Assembly (NCBI GenBank): GCA_017455185.1
Contig: JAFTBN010000061.1
Span: 1 to 62,808 of the forward strand
Direction: 5' to 3'
Length of the DNA stretch: 62,808 bases
DNA from: Clostridia bacterium
GTDB taxonomy: Bacteria; Bacillota; Clostridia; Oscillospirales; CAG-272
Of this stretch, positions 8,603-17,921 are shown one piece after another. Under the pieces are notes generated by a model. That model searched no databases. It was given only the letters and a program-made list of their open reading frames with translations, and was not told the origin of the DNA. The first letter of the stretch is position 1. The number at the start of each line of letters is the position of its first letter. The position numbers and the translations under genes are program-made.

Positions 8603-10045
8603 TCATTCAAACACAACCGATGTGATGGTCATGGCCAGGTTGACATTGCCACCCATATAGCATCTGAAGAAGTTGATCGAGGACAGGACTTCCTTGAAGA
8701 GTGCTTCGTCCAGCGTACCGGGTTTATCGGTATGCTCGGTGCCGGGTGTCCACTTCACGGCGTCAATGCTCAGATTCAGTTCCAGAGTGGCTTCCTCGCC
8801 CTCTTTGCTGATGCCGAGGCCCTTGATCAGGTTGGTATGATAAGCAATTTCAAGCTGATCGCACTTGCCGCCGGCAGCGAGCTCAATGTCGCCGTCGTTC
8901 TCCAGAGTGGTCAGATCGAAATCCTGGTTCAGACGGAAGGTAATCTTAACCTTGGTTGCCTTGGAGATATCAATCGGATCAAACGTCAGCTGACCCAACA
9001 CGACTCCGCTGAAGTTTGTACCCAGACCGCTTCCGATCTTGGTCTTCAAGGCTGCATTTGCAGCTGCGATGGAAGGATCCGGCTCGTTCTTGCAAACGCC
9101 GATGTAAGACTTTGCCCAGTTGTTAACACCGGTGTACTGCAGCTGATAACCGTTTCCGGTCCACAGATGGCTCGGATCGCCGTCAAATCCGTCGGAAACG
9201 ATATCCACGGTGCAGAAGGTGAATCCGATGTGCTCGGCTTCAATGTCTTCCACGGTGACGGAGATATCCGTCAACGGAATCTTGACTTCCAGAATGTAAT
9301 AATCGGCATACTGCTCTCTCTTCGATTCCCAATCCTTCTTAACGGAGTTGGCCTCATCGGTATTCTTGAACCAACCGAAAACAGGATCCTTGGAATACTC
9401 ATCGCTTTCCGGATCGTCGAGGTTGACTGCCGCATTCCACTGAATGCCGCCTATCAGTTTGCCATAGTTGACAAACCAGATCAGGGAACCGTCACCGGTG
9501 TACGGTCTTCTGAACGTGTCAGCCGGATAGTACGGAGTCTTGTCGTAACGGACTTCGCAGATGTACAGATTCTGTGCATCATAAGCGAAATAGAAACTGT
9601 CAGCAAAATCTTCATCCTTCAGGGTTGTATCACCAACTGCGCCCATACCGGTTGCATCGGTGCCGTTCGGAATGTCTTTCGCGAACAGTTCCAGGGGCTG
9701 AGAATTGTAATAAACCTCATCCAGTTCACCATCAATGGTGATGGTGCTCTTGTCCAATTTTACAATGTCGAAAGTGGGATTGCCAAGAATCGGGCTAACC
9801 GTTTCTTTCTTGGTCTGTGTTTCTTTCTTTGTAGCCTTTTCGGTCTGTTTTTCGGTTTCCTTGTCGGTCTGCTTCTCCGTTTCAGTCTCGCCAGCAGATC
9901 CTTTTTCGGTTTCTGCTGCGCCGGTCGGCTTCTCGGTCGGCTTCTCGGTCGGCTTCTCAGGGTTTTTGTCCCCGCACGAAGCAAGAACCGCAACCAAAGT
10001 CAAAACCATAGCAAGTGCCAGAAGGCAAGCAAGTAACTTTTTCAT
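8603..10045 (-). CDS. lipoprotein with Thr/Glu/Lys-rich linker and CBM9-like sugar-binding domain (tentative)
   Basis: Track ORF 8603..10141. Start moved to ATG 10045 (MKKLLACLLALAMVLTLVAVLASCG, lipobox), which follows AAGGAG. The (EKPT)3 and ETEKQT linker is followed by TIDGELDEVYY, a motif I associate with CBM9-like modules. Confidence 0.75.
   Translation of the reverse strand: MKKLLACLLALAMVLTLVAVLASCGDKNPEKPTEKPTEKPTGAAETEKGSAGETETEKQTDKETEKQTEKATKKETQTKKETVSPILGNPTFDIVKLDKSTITIDGELDEVYYNSQPLELFAKDIPNGTDATGMGAVGDTTLKDEDFADSFYFAYDAQNLYICEVRYDKTPYYPADTFRRPYTGDGSLIWFVNYGKLIGGIQWNAAVNLDDPESDEYSKDPVFGWFKNTDEANSVKKDWESKREQYADYYILEVKIPLTDISVTVEDIEAEHIGFTFCTVDIVSDGFDGDPSHLWTGNGYQLQYTGVNNWAKSYIGVCKNEPDPSIAAANAALKTKIGSGLGTNFSGVVLGQLTFDPIDISKATKVKITFRLNQDFDLTTLENDGDIELAAGGKCDQLEIAYHTNLIKGLGISKEGEEATLELNLSIDAVKWTPGTEHTDKPGTLDEALFKEVLSSINFFRCYMGGNVNLAMTITSVVFE
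9923..9958. repeat. 12-nt tandem repeat x3 inside the lipoprotein linker
   Basis: GGTCGGCTTCTC occurs three times head to tail and encodes (EKPT)3 on the minus strand. Confidence 0.9.
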
Positions 10046-10091
10046 GACATGCTCCTTATTATTTGCAGGTTTTCCTGCTTGATTACTTATT

Positions 10092-10119
10092 ATTGTATCA
10101 CAAATAAATGATTTGTCAA
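10092..10119 (-). promoter_or_regulatory. promoter of the CBM9-like lipoprotein gene
   Basis: Minus strand TTGACA (10119-10114), 16 nt, extended -10 TGaTACAAT (10100-10092). Confidence 0.55.
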
Positions 10120-10137
10120 CACCTTTATGAAACAGGC

Positions 10138-10938
10138 TCACTCCTCGTCGGGGGTCTCCCGCTGATCGTCCAGGTAAATCACGACGCGCCGGCTGTCGTC
10201 CGCGCCGATGGAATTGGTGGAAACGCCGGGAATCTCCTGAATCTGGGAATGGATAATCCGTCTCTCGTAGGGATTCATCGGCTCCAGCATCACGCTCTTC
10301 TTGTATTTCAGGACCTGAGAGGCCTTTCTGCGTGCCAGATCCCGCAGCGTCGCTTCCCGCTTGGCCCGGTATCCCTCCACATCTACGGTGATGCGGCAGT
10401 ATTCCTTTTTGTCACTCCCGATGTGTTTGTTGGCCGAGAGATTGGCCAGATACTGGAGTGCGTCCAGCGTTTCGCCGTGATGTCCGATCAGGACGCCGGC
10501 CTTGTCGCCCACGATATCGATGACCGTATCGTTGTTGTCTCCGTCGTACAGGTCAATGGTCACGTCCATCTGCATATTCTGAACCACGCCGTCGATGAAA
10601 GCTTTGGCCATTTTCACACCCGGCCGATCCAGGGTCTCATACGTTCTTACAACCGGTTCCTTCGGAGCCTCGGGTTCATCGTCATATTCTTCCCTGGGCT
10701 CTTCCTTCTCGGGCGCCTCCGCCGGTTCCGGCTCCGGAGCCTGCGGTTCTTCTGTATAGGTAATCCGAACTTTTGCAAGAGAACCTCCGATAAAGCCAAG
10801 CAATGCTTTCTTGGGTTCCTCCAGCACTTCTACCTCAACCTGCGCGTCCGGCGCCAGGTGCAACGCGGCCTTTGCGGCGGCAACGGCGTCGTCGATGGTT
10901 TTGCCCATTGCCTCCTGCGTTTTTACAATCGTTTCCAT
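10138..10938 (-). CDS. khpB: RNA-binding protein KhpB (Jag; Jag_N + KH + R3H)
   Basis: 266 aa with RBS TAGGAG. The Jag-like N-terminus (GKTIDDAVAAAKAAL) is followed by an acidic linker. The C-terminal R3H-type segment is LEPMNPYERRIIHSQI. Position is directly downstream of yidC. Confidence 0.85.
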   Translation of the reverse strand: METIVKTQEAMGKTIDDAVAAAKAALHLAPDAQVEVEVLEEPKKALLGFIGGSLAKVRITYTEEPQAPEPEPAEAPEKEEPREEYDDEPEAPKEPVVRTYETLDRPGVKMAKAFIDGVVQNMQMDVTIDLYDGDNNDTVIDIVGDKAGVLIGHHGETLDALQYLANLSANKHIGSDKKEYCRITVDVEGYRAKREATLRDLARRKASQVLKYKKSVMLEPMNPYERRIIHSQIQEIPGVSTNSIGADDSRRVVIYLDDQRETPDEE

Positions 10939-10974
10939 GTCTTGCTCCTATAATCCTTGAATGCCGGGCATTCT

Positions 10975-12561
10975 TTAATTCAAATCATCGTTTTTTTCAT
11001 CGGTTTCGTCCCCGGACGGTCCGGTCTCGAAATCAGCCCCGCCATCAAATTCCGAAAAATCCTCTTTGGGCTCGTTCTCCGTCGTTTCGGACGGCTGTTC
11101 GGTCTTTCGCGGCTCGTCCTCTTTCATTTCCACGCCGTCGAGCAGCTTTCCGGATGCCTTCTTAGGTTCATCCTCCTCGACGTAATCTCCCTTGGGCGCC
11201 TTTCTGACGGGAGGAGCCTGATACCCTTCCTCATACTCGTCGTCGTCAATGTGATGCAGGGACCGTTTACCCGAAGGCGTTACACCGCCGGTGACGGTTA
11301 CATTTGAGCCGCCGTTTCTCTTTTTGGGCGCTTTCCCGAGAATTTCCCTCTCGGCTGCCTTGTACTCCTCTTCCGTAAATTCGGGATAAGGCATTGCTTT
11401 TTTCAGGATAAACTGCTTGAGCGTACCCGTCAGGCTCTTGAAAATCCAGTAAATGCCAACCGCCGCAGGAACGATAAAGGTCACGTATACGCTGAACAGA
11501 GGCATCATGATGTCCATGACGTTGTTGGAGCAGCCCTGCGCCTTGGCATCCGCGGTTGTAGGCGGCTGATAGGTCAAAAGACGATTGAGCTTCATGCTTC
11601 CGAAATACACGCCGAACGTCAGAACCGGCACGGCATAAAGCCATTTGGACGCCTGGGGATCCCGGATCAGATATCCGGTGTTGATTCCGAACACATTGAA
11701 GTTCGGGATCTGATTGTAAACCGCCTCAATCCGCTTGAAGCATTCTTCCCCGTTGAGGGCAAAGGTCTTGATTCCTTCCAGCTTGTCCAGTCCCATCTCC
11801 TGGATTTTGGACAACAGTTCGATGGTTCCGCGGGTGGAAGTCAGCTGCTGGCCGTTGGCAACCAGATAGTCGGTCACCATCTTGCTCAGCTCGGTCGGAA
11901 GACCGAGCGAATAACGCCAGGGATCCACAACAATGGCATACAGGATCATCACGATCGGAAGCTGGATCAAAAGAGGCAGACAGCCCGAAAAAGGGCTGAA
12001 ATGCTCGGACTGATACAGCTGCTGGATCTCCATGTTCATCTTCTGCTGCGTCTCACGGTCGTTGTGTCCGGCGTACTTCTTCCGGATTGCCATTTCCTTG
12101 GGGCGCAGTCTTGCCTGCTTGATGGAAGTCTTCTGCTGCTTGATGCTCAGGGGCAGAAGGACAATTTCCAGCAGAATGGCAAAGATGAACAGCATCACGA
12201 TGTAATTGCCGCCTGCCAGATACCGGGTCATCCAGTTCAGGAAAAAGCCGATTCCGCGAAGAATCACGCTCAGTCCCGTGTTCGGATTATCCAGATTCAC
12301 CTCTTTGACCGACCAGTCCGTCTTTTCCTCCTTCGTACCGGTCCCGGTTTCGGATTCGGTTCCGGACGAGGAACTTTCGGTCTGCTCCGTCGAAGATTCT
12401 GCGGCTGTTTCCGCCGCGGTGTCCGATTCCTCGGCCGATACCCGCAAAAGCGTCACGGTACTGCCGGCAACCAGGACAAAGGCCAGCAAGAAAACAAGCA
12501 CGCCTGTAAGAAGGCGGTTGATTCTCTTTCTGTCGCCTGTCAATTCACTCTCAAACCTCAT
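10975..12561 (-). CDS. yidC: membrane protein insertase YidC/Oxa1 family with long N- and C-terminal low-complexity extensions
   Basis: 528 aa. Core motif is [29 protein letters not shown] with multiple TM segments. The ATG overlaps the yidD stop (ATGA at 12558-12561). Confidence 0.9.
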   Translation of the reverse strand: MRFESELTGDRKRINRLLTGVLVFLLAFVLVAGSTVTLLRVSAEESDTAAETAAESSTEQTESSSSGTESETGTGTKEEKTDWSVKEVNLDNPNTGLSVILRGIGFFLNWMTRYLAGGNYIVMLFIFAILLEIVLLPLSIKQQKTSIKQARLRPKEMAIRKKYAGHNDRETQQKMNMEIQQLYQSEHFSPFSGCLPLLIQLPIVMILYAIVVDPWRYSLGLPTELSKMVTDYLVANGQQLTSTRGTIELLSKIQEMGLDKLEGIKTFALNGEECFKRIEAVYNQIPNFNVFGINTGYLIRDPQASKWLYAVPVLTFGVYFGSMKLNRLLTYQPPTTADAKAQGCSNNVMDIMMPLFSVYVTFIVPAAVGIYWIFKSLTGTLKQFILKKAMPYPEFTEEEYKAAEREILGKAPKKRNGGSNVTVTGGVTPSGKRSLHHIDDDEYEEGYQAPPVRKAPKGDYVEEDEPKKASGKLLDGVEMKEDEPRKTEQPSETTENEPKEDFSEFDGGADFETGPSGDETDEKNDDLN

Positions 12562-12893
12562 GTGAATGATATCCTTTCGTACACTGCAAACGCAGTGGTT
12601 TTTTCATTGGGTAAGGGGTCGTATGCGCGCGCGTCAAAAGAAAAACGCCGCGGCGGCTTGTTCTGCCTTTCAAATCCCGTCTTGGGAACCGGGTCGTACC
12701 CTCCGGCGCACAGGGGCTGACAGCGCAAAAGCCGGTAGGTCGTCAGAATGAATCCCGCCAGGACTCCCCTTTTTTCAAATGCCTCGAGCGCATACTGGGA
12801 ACAGGTCGGATAGAACCGGCATGTGGGCTTGCGCTTGAGCGGCGAAAGATATTTCTGATAAAAGCGGATCATCGCCATGAACACTTTTTTCAT
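12558..12893 (-). CDS. yidD: membrane protein insertion efficiency factor YidD (with ~40-aa C-terminal extension)
   Basis: Contains [35 protein letters not shown]...GGYDPVP. Confidence 0.85.
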   Translation of the reverse strand: MKKVFMAMIRFYQKYLSPLKRKPTCRFYPTCSQYALEAFEKRGVLAGFILTTYRLLRCQPLCAGGYDPVPKTGFERQNKPPRRFSFDARAYDPLPNEKTTAFAVYERISFT

Positions 12894-12917
12894 CCGGTTT
12901 CTCCTTCCTTTCTTATC

Positions 12918-13334
12918 TTATTCCTGGTCTTGGTGTTCTTTCTGCTGGTTGTGCGCTTCGGGCGCCGCGGCCAGCAGTTCAAGCTTTTTGAACAGATACC
13001 GCAACTCGCGAAGCGCCTCGGTGGATTTCGCCTCGGCGGCCGGGGCTCTGGCGACCAGTACCAGCAGATACCCGGTTTTCAGATCGGGCATCAGCGCCCG
13101 GTAGGCCGTCCGGAAAATGCGGCGCACCCGGCTCCGCACAACCGCACCGCCGATTTTCTTGGAAACCGTCAGCCCGACGCGGTTAATGAACTTTTTCTCG
13201 GGATTGCGCTTCCTCTCCCGGTTGGCACAGCGGTCCTGGAGCGCATAAACCGCGACCAGGCGTCCGGATGCCCTCTTGCCGGAAGCATACGCTTTCTGAA
13301 ACAGATGATTTTCCTTTATGGATACAATTTTCAT
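12918..13334 (-). CDS. rnpA: ribonuclease P protein component
   Basis: Track ORF 12918..13436. Start moved to ATG 13334 (MKIVSIKENHLFQKAYASGKR...). Has a basic RnpA-like core and sits downstream of rpmH. Confidence 0.85.
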   Translation of the reverse strand: MKIVSIKENHLFQKAYASGKRASGRLVAVYALQDRCANRERKRNPEKKFINRVGLTVSKKIGGAVVRSRVRRIFRTAYRALMPDLKTGYLLVLVARAPAAEAKSTEALRELRYLFKKLELLAAAPEAHNQQKEHQDQE

Positions 13335-13467
13335 CTCATTCGCCCCGAAAAACACAGGATAGCAAAACACCGCCTCCTTGCGCGCAGAACGTTCTCGGAT
13401 GGCGGTGTATAGTTGCATGTGCACAAAGAAGCACACAGCGATGAACCGCGTATGCCGCGGTTGGAGA

Positions 13468-13602
13468 TCAGTATGTCAATCTCTTTCTGCCCTTCGCACG
13501 TCTTCTTTTGAGAACTTGTCTGCCGTCAGCAGTCTTCATTCTTTTTCTGAACCCATGCTCCTTTTTTCTTTGGCGCTTCTTAGGTTGATACGTTCTCAGC
13601 AT
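13468..13602 (-). CDS. rpmH: 50S ribosomal protein L34
   Basis: 44 aa, [44 protein letters not shown], preceded by AAGGAGG. The track ORF (13468..13683) is N-terminally over-extended. Confidence 0.95.
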   Translation of the reverse strand: MLRTYQPKKRQRKKEHGFRKRMKTADGRQVLKRRRAKGRKRLTY

Positions 13603-13733
13603 ATCTGGCTCCTCCTTGTATAAATCCATATTCGGCTGCGGGAGCTCGGACGAGCTCATCCTTCTGCATTGCGGCAGCCTCAATCGTTACAAAAATCCGT
13701 TTCTGCCGACTCGAAAAGGCAGAGACACCGATT

Positions 13734-13762
13734 ATTAAAGCATAAATTTGTGTTTTTGTCAA
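13734..13762 (-). promoter_or_regulatory. promoter of rpmH-rnpA-yidD-yidC-khpB
   Basis: Minus strand TTGACA (13762-13757), 17 nt, TTTAAT (13739-13734) preceded by TGc. The leader is ~125 nt with hairpins. Confidence 0.5.
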
Positions 13763-13828
13763 GTCTTTTTGCAAGGATTTTCTTTCGGTCGGGGCTCAGT
13801 TCCCAAAAAAACGCCGAAAAAGCCGCCC

Positions 13829-15010
13829 TCAGCCAAGCACGTCCAGCAGACGGCGGGCCGCCTCTTTTGTCTTTTCGCGGTCCCCGAACCCGGTCAGGCG
13901 GAAAAAGCCCTCGCCCTGCCCGCCGAATCCGGCGCCAGGGGTTCCCACCACATGGGCCTTATCCAGAAGGAAATCGAAAAATTCCCAGGAACCCATTCCG
14001 CGCGGACACTTCATCCAGATGTAGGGCGAATGCTCTCCTCCGGTAAAGAAAATGTGCAGCTGTCCGAGCACCCCGGCAATGATCTGTGCGTTTTCCTTGT
14101 AATACCGGACGTTCTCCCGGCACTGTTTCAGTCCCTCCGGGGTAAAAACGGCCTGAGCCGCGCGCTGCACGACGTAGGAAGTTCCGTTGAACTTCGTGGT
14201 CTGCCGTCTGAGCCAGAATTTCTTCAGCTGCACGCCTTCCCGTTCCAGTTCCTGGGGCACAACGGTATATCCGCACCGGGTCCCGGTGAATCCGGCTGTT
14301 TTGGACAGGGAGCAGAATTCAATGGCGCACCGGCGCGCGCCCGGTATTTCAAAAATGCTGTGCGGGAGCGACGCGTCCCCGATAAAGGACTCGTACGCCG
14401 CGTCGAACAGGATTACCGCGTCCTGCTCAAGCGCATAATTCACCCATTGCTGCAGCTGCTCGCGGGTATAGACCGCGCCCGTCGGGTTGTTGGGCGAGCA
14501 CAGATAAATCAGGTCGGCCTTCACGCCTTCCTTCGGCAGCGGGCAGAACCCGTTTTCCTCGGTTCCCTTCATAAACTGCACCGGACGTCCGTCCATCACG
14601 TTCGTGTCAACGTAAACCGGATACACCGGGTCGGGAACCAACACGGTATTGTCCTTGGAAAACAGTTCCAGGATGTTCCCCAGATCGCTTTTGGCTCCAT
14701 CCGAAATGAAGATTTCATCCGACTGGAGCGTCACGCCGAAACTTCCGTAGTAATCCCGGACCGCGTCCCGCAAAAAGCCGTATCCCTGCTCGGGGCCGTA
14801 CCCGTGGAACGTCTGCGCCTGTCCCATTTCGGCCGCGGCGGCCTTCATGGCCTCCACCACCACGGGCGCGAGCGGACGCGTCACGTCCCCGATTCCCAGT
14901 TTGATAATGTCTGCATCCGGGTTCGCCTTGGAATACGCCGCCACGCGATGCGCGATTTCGGTAAACAGATAACTTTCGCTGAGCGACAGATAGTTTGCAT
15001 TAATTTTCAT
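13829..15010 (-). CDS. dapL: LL-diaminopimelate aminotransferase
   Basis: Track ORF 13829..15064. Start moved to ATG 15010 (MKINANYLSLSESYLFTEIAHRV...), which follows GGAAAGGAAG. It has a class I aminotransferase body, and SKTAGFTGTRCGY carries the PLP lysine region. Confidence 0.85.
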   Translation of the reverse strand: MKINANYLSLSESYLFTEIAHRVAAYSKANPDADIIKLGIGDVTRPLAPVVVEAMKAAAAEMGQAQTFHGYGPEQGYGFLRDAVRDYYGSFGVTLQSDEIFISDGAKSDLGNILELFSKDNTVLVPDPVYPVYVDTNVMDGRPVQFMKGTEENGFCPLPKEGVKADLIYLCSPNNPTGAVYTREQLQQWVNYALEQDAVILFDAAYESFIGDASLPHSIFEIPGARRCAIEFCSLSKTAGFTGTRCGYTVVPQELEREGVQLKKFWLRRQTTKFNGTSYVVQRAAQAVFTPEGLKQCRENVRYYKENAQIIAGVLGQLHIFFTGGEHSPYIWMKCPRGMGSWEFFDFLLDKAHVVGTPGAGFGGQGEGFFRLTGFGDREKTKEAARRLLDVLG

Positions 15011-15150
15011 TATTCTTCCTTTCCGTTTGCATATTATCCGCTTTTCCTTAAAATCATACAGCATTTACTCGTGTTTATGCAAGCGCTTATTTGTAAATTT
15101 TTTCTTTCTTCCGCACGCCGTCCGTTCTTTTTCCTTTTGCGCCCATTGCC

Positions 15151-15180
15151 TTGACTTTCCGGCCGTTCCTTCTGTATAAT
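15151..15180 (+). promoter_or_regulatory. promoter of rnz
   Basis: TTGACT (15151-15156), 18 nt, TATAAT (15175-15180). RBS GAAGGAGAGGAG precedes the ATG at 15210. Confidence 0.55.
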
Positions 15181-15209
15181 AGAAAAAAAAGAAGGAGAGG
15201 AGATCCGAC

Positions 15210-16130
15210 ATGGTTGACATAGTTCTTTTAGGCTGCGGCGGCACAATGCCGCTCAAAGACCGCTGGCTGACGTCCGCCTTCATCCGCTGCCAGAAAACCG
15301 GGATTCTCATTGACTGCGGCGAAGGCACGCAGATTGCGGCGGCACAGCAGCACATCTCCCGCAGTTCGATTGACGTCATCCTTCTGACTCATTTCCACGC
15401 GGACCATGTGAGCGGTCTGCCCGGCCTCCTGCTGACCATGGGGAACGAAGGACGCACCGAGCCGGTCGACATATACGGGCCCGAAGGAATCTCTTCCGTC
15501 ATTCCCGCGCTGTGCATCCTGGTCACGCTTCCCTTCGAGGTGCGGCTGCATGAGCTGCACGAAGACGCCGGACTGCAGACCGTCTGCCGCATCGACTCGC
15601 TGTGCATCGAAGCCTTCCCGGTTGTTCACCGGATTCCCTGCTTCGGCTTCCGTCTGACCCTGTCCCGCTGCGGGAAATTCAATCCGGAACGGGCAAGGGA
15701 ACTGAACATCCCGGTTTACCTTTGGGGCGAACTGCAGAAAAACGAAACCGCAACCGGCCCCGACGGCACCGTCTACCGGGCCGCCGACGTGCTGGGCGCG
15801 CCGCGCCGGGGCATTTCCGTGCTGTACAGCACAGACACCCGGCCCAACGGACAGCTTGAGCAGGCCATGCAAGGCTGCGACCTGGCCATTATCGAGGGCA
15901 TGTTCGGGGACGACGAAAAACGTGAGCGGGCGGCCGAAACCATGCATATGACCTTCCCGGAAGCTGCCTTCATGGCTGCACGGGCCAAGCCCGCCCGGGT
16001 ATGGCTCACCCATTTCAGCCCGTCGCTGCCCGACCCGGAGACCTATCTGCCGGACGTCCAGCAGATCTATCCGGCCATCGAACTGGGCTTTTCGGGCAAG
16101 TCCCTGAATCTCCGTTATCCCGAAGACTGA
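15210..16130 (+). CDS. rnz: ribonuclease Z (metallo-beta-lactamase fold)
   Basis: 306 aa with LLGCGGTMP, the HFHADH zinc motif, and a C-terminal HFS. Confidence 0.85.
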   Translation: MVDIVLLGCGGTMPLKDRWLTSAFIRCQKTGILIDCGEGTQIAAAQQHISRSSIDVILLTHFHADHVSGLPGLLLTMGNEGRTEPVDIYGPEGISSVIPALCILVTLPFEVRLHELHEDAGLQTVCRIDSLCIEAFPVVHRIPCFGFRLTLSRCGKFNPERARELNIPVYLWGELQKNETATGPDGTVYRAADVLGAPRRGISVLYSTDTRPNGQLEQAMQGCDLAIIEGMFGDDEKRERAAETMHMTFPEAAFMAARAKPARVWLTHFSPSLPDPETYLPDVQQIYPAIELGFSGKSLNLRYPED

Positions 16131-16573
16131 GAGCGCAGGAACCGGAGCCGGTCGAGCGCGCTTTGCAGAATGATCTGCGCCGAAAGCGTGTCAATCACCT
16201 GCTTCCGCTTCTGGCCGCGCGTATCCGACTCGTTGAGATACCGACCAGCCTCCATAGTGGACAGCCGTTCGTCGAACGGCACCACCGGCAGCTGCGTCTG
16301 CTCTTCCAGCTGCGCGATGAACCGGCGGACCCGCTCGGCCCGGAAGCCCTCGCTTCCGTTCATGTTCACCGGAAGCCCGACCACAATCGCACAGACGCCC
16401 TGTTCTTTGGCGCAGGCGCCGACTGCCTCGGCGGTCTTCTCCAGTCCGCCCGGAGAAATGTATCCGATGCCCGACGCAAGAAACTGCGTCCGGTCCGAAA
16501 CCGCAAGGCCGGTTCTCTTGTCTCCGAAATCCACGCCGAGCAGTTTCCCTTTGCACTGTATCAAACGTTCCAT
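16115..16573 (-). CDS. ruvX: Holliday junction resolvase-like nuclease RuvX/YqgF
   Basis: 152 aa with LLGVDFGDKRTGLAVSD and VVGLPVNMNGSEG motifs. Confidence 0.85.
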   Translation of the reverse strand: MERLIQCKGKLLGVDFGDKRTGLAVSDRTQFLASGIGYISPGGLEKTAEAVGACAKEQGVCAIVVGLPVNMNGSEGFRAERVRRFIAQLEEQTQLPVVPFDERLSTMEAGRYLNESDTRGQKRKQVIDTLSAQIILQSALDRLRFLRSQSSG

Positions 16574-16629
16574 CTTTTTCCGGTCCGGTCATGCCGAACC
16601 GACTCCTTTCCCATTTCAAGGATGCCTTT

Positions 16630-17916
16630 ATGAAAAACCGTATTCGCTCTCTTTTTTTGTTTCTTTTCAGCGTGCTGCTTCTTTGCGGCGTGCTTCTCTG
16701 CGCTCTGCCGACCGTGTTGTTCGCTTCCGGCGGGGAACAGACCCCTTCCCTGGTCGTGCTGGGCGATTCCATCGGCACGGGCTACGTGCTGGAAGATTAT
16801 GACAAATCCGCCACCCCCCGCAGTCGCTATTCCTGGGCTACCATGCTGGGGCAGGAGCTGCGCTATTCCCTTTCCAATCTGGCAGAAGACGGCTTGACTA
16901 CGTCGGGCCTGCGTTCCCTTCTGGAAAGCGGCCGGATTGATGCCGTCCTGGCGGACGCGTCCCTTGTCTGCGTCACCATCGGGGGAAACAACCTGCTTCA
17001 TCTGTTATCGAGCCTGGCCGAACTCGACGGTGTGCCGGACGCAACCGGGATTATGACCGTCCTTTCCTCCCTGACCCCCGAAAAGCTCGAGGCTTTGACG
17101 GAGGAGGGCCTGGTCGAAGCGGAGCAGGATTTGCAGATGATCTGCTCCAGACTCAAGACCCTGGCGCCCGGAGCCAAAATCTATTTTGAAACGTTGTACA
17201 ACCCATATAAGTACTGGCGTCTGCCACTGGATTCCTTCGGCGTGATCGGCGATTATCTGGACGGCCCGATTGACCGGTACAATGAAGTCCTCACAAGCGT
17301 GACCGGACAGCATTCCATCGAAACCGTCGGTGTCTGCGACGCATTCCGTCAGGCTGACGACCCCTCGCTGGTAAACGCCTACTGCAACAGCATTCTGGAC
17401 CTGATCAGCCTGAATATGGAATACGATCCGCATCCCACCGCTAAGGGACACGCGCTCATTTACGACCTGTACCTGGAAAAGATGGAACAGACCGGCGCGC
17501 TGTATACGCTTCTTCCGGACACGGACACGGTTCTGCCGGCCATCTCGAAGACCTCCTCCGGACTGCCGGATCATCCCGGCGCGTTTCTGCCCGAAGAGCT
17601 GACCCTTTCCACCGCCCGCGGCGGGAAGGAGAGCGTAAAGGTCCTGGAATGGTCCTATGAAGGAGAACCGGATCCCGCAGGCGACACCGTCACGGTGCTG
17701 GCCCGCGTATCCCTGCCCTCGTTTTACCGTCAGAATTCGGCAGAGGGCGGAACGGCTCCCGTCTCCGACCCCGTCGTCCTGCGCTTTACCGCCCCCGTCC
17801 AGGCCGCGTCCGGCGGATGCCGCAGTCTGGCGGCTCCGGGTACGCTCCTGCTCTTCCTTCCGATTGCTGGGCTTTGCGTCCCTGCGCTGGGTCTGATCCG
17901 GAAAAGAAAAATCTGA
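16630..17916 (+). CDS. secreted SGNH/GDSL-family hydrolase with C-terminal membrane anchor
   Basis: Track ORF 16591..17916. Start moved to ATG 16630 (AAGGA 8 nt upstream). It has a signal peptide, the GDS block VVLGDSIGTGY, a GGNN block, and a terminal hydrophobic segment with an RKRKI tail. Confidence 0.75.
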   Translation: MKNRIRSLFLFLFSVLLLCGVLLCALPTVLFASGGEQTPSLVVLGDSIGTGYVLEDYDKSATPRSRYSWATMLGQELRYSLSNLAEDGLTTSGLRSLLESGRIDAVLADASLVCVTIGGNNLLHLLSSLAELDGVPDATGIMTVLSSLTPEKLEALTEEGLVEAEQDLQMICSRLKTLAPGAKIYFETLYNPYKYWRLPLDSFGVIGDYLDGPIDRYNEVLTSVTGQHSIETVGVCDAFRQADDPSLVNAYCNSILDLISLNMEYDPHPTAKGHALIYDLYLEKMEQTGALYTLLPDTDTVLPAISKTSSGLPDHPGAFLPEELTLSTARGGKESVKVLEWSYEGEPDPAGDTVTVLARVSLPSFYRQNSAEGGTAPVSDPVVLRFTAPVQAASGGCRSLAAPGTLLLFLPIAGLCVPALGLIRKRKI

Positions 17917-17921
17917 ATTCT

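Noticed and set aside
13603-15209. Riboswitch or T-box elements upstream of rpmH, dapL (lysine pathway) and glnN.
   Set aside because: The dapL leader is only ~45 nt. The rpmH and glnN leaders contain hairpins but none of the conserved cores I know (L-box, T-box specifier/T-loop, glutamine riboswitch).
16115-16130. 16-nt convergent overlap of the rnz and ruvX 3' ends, with no terminator between them.
   Set aside because: Small convergent overlaps are common in compact genomes, and nothing further is visible here.
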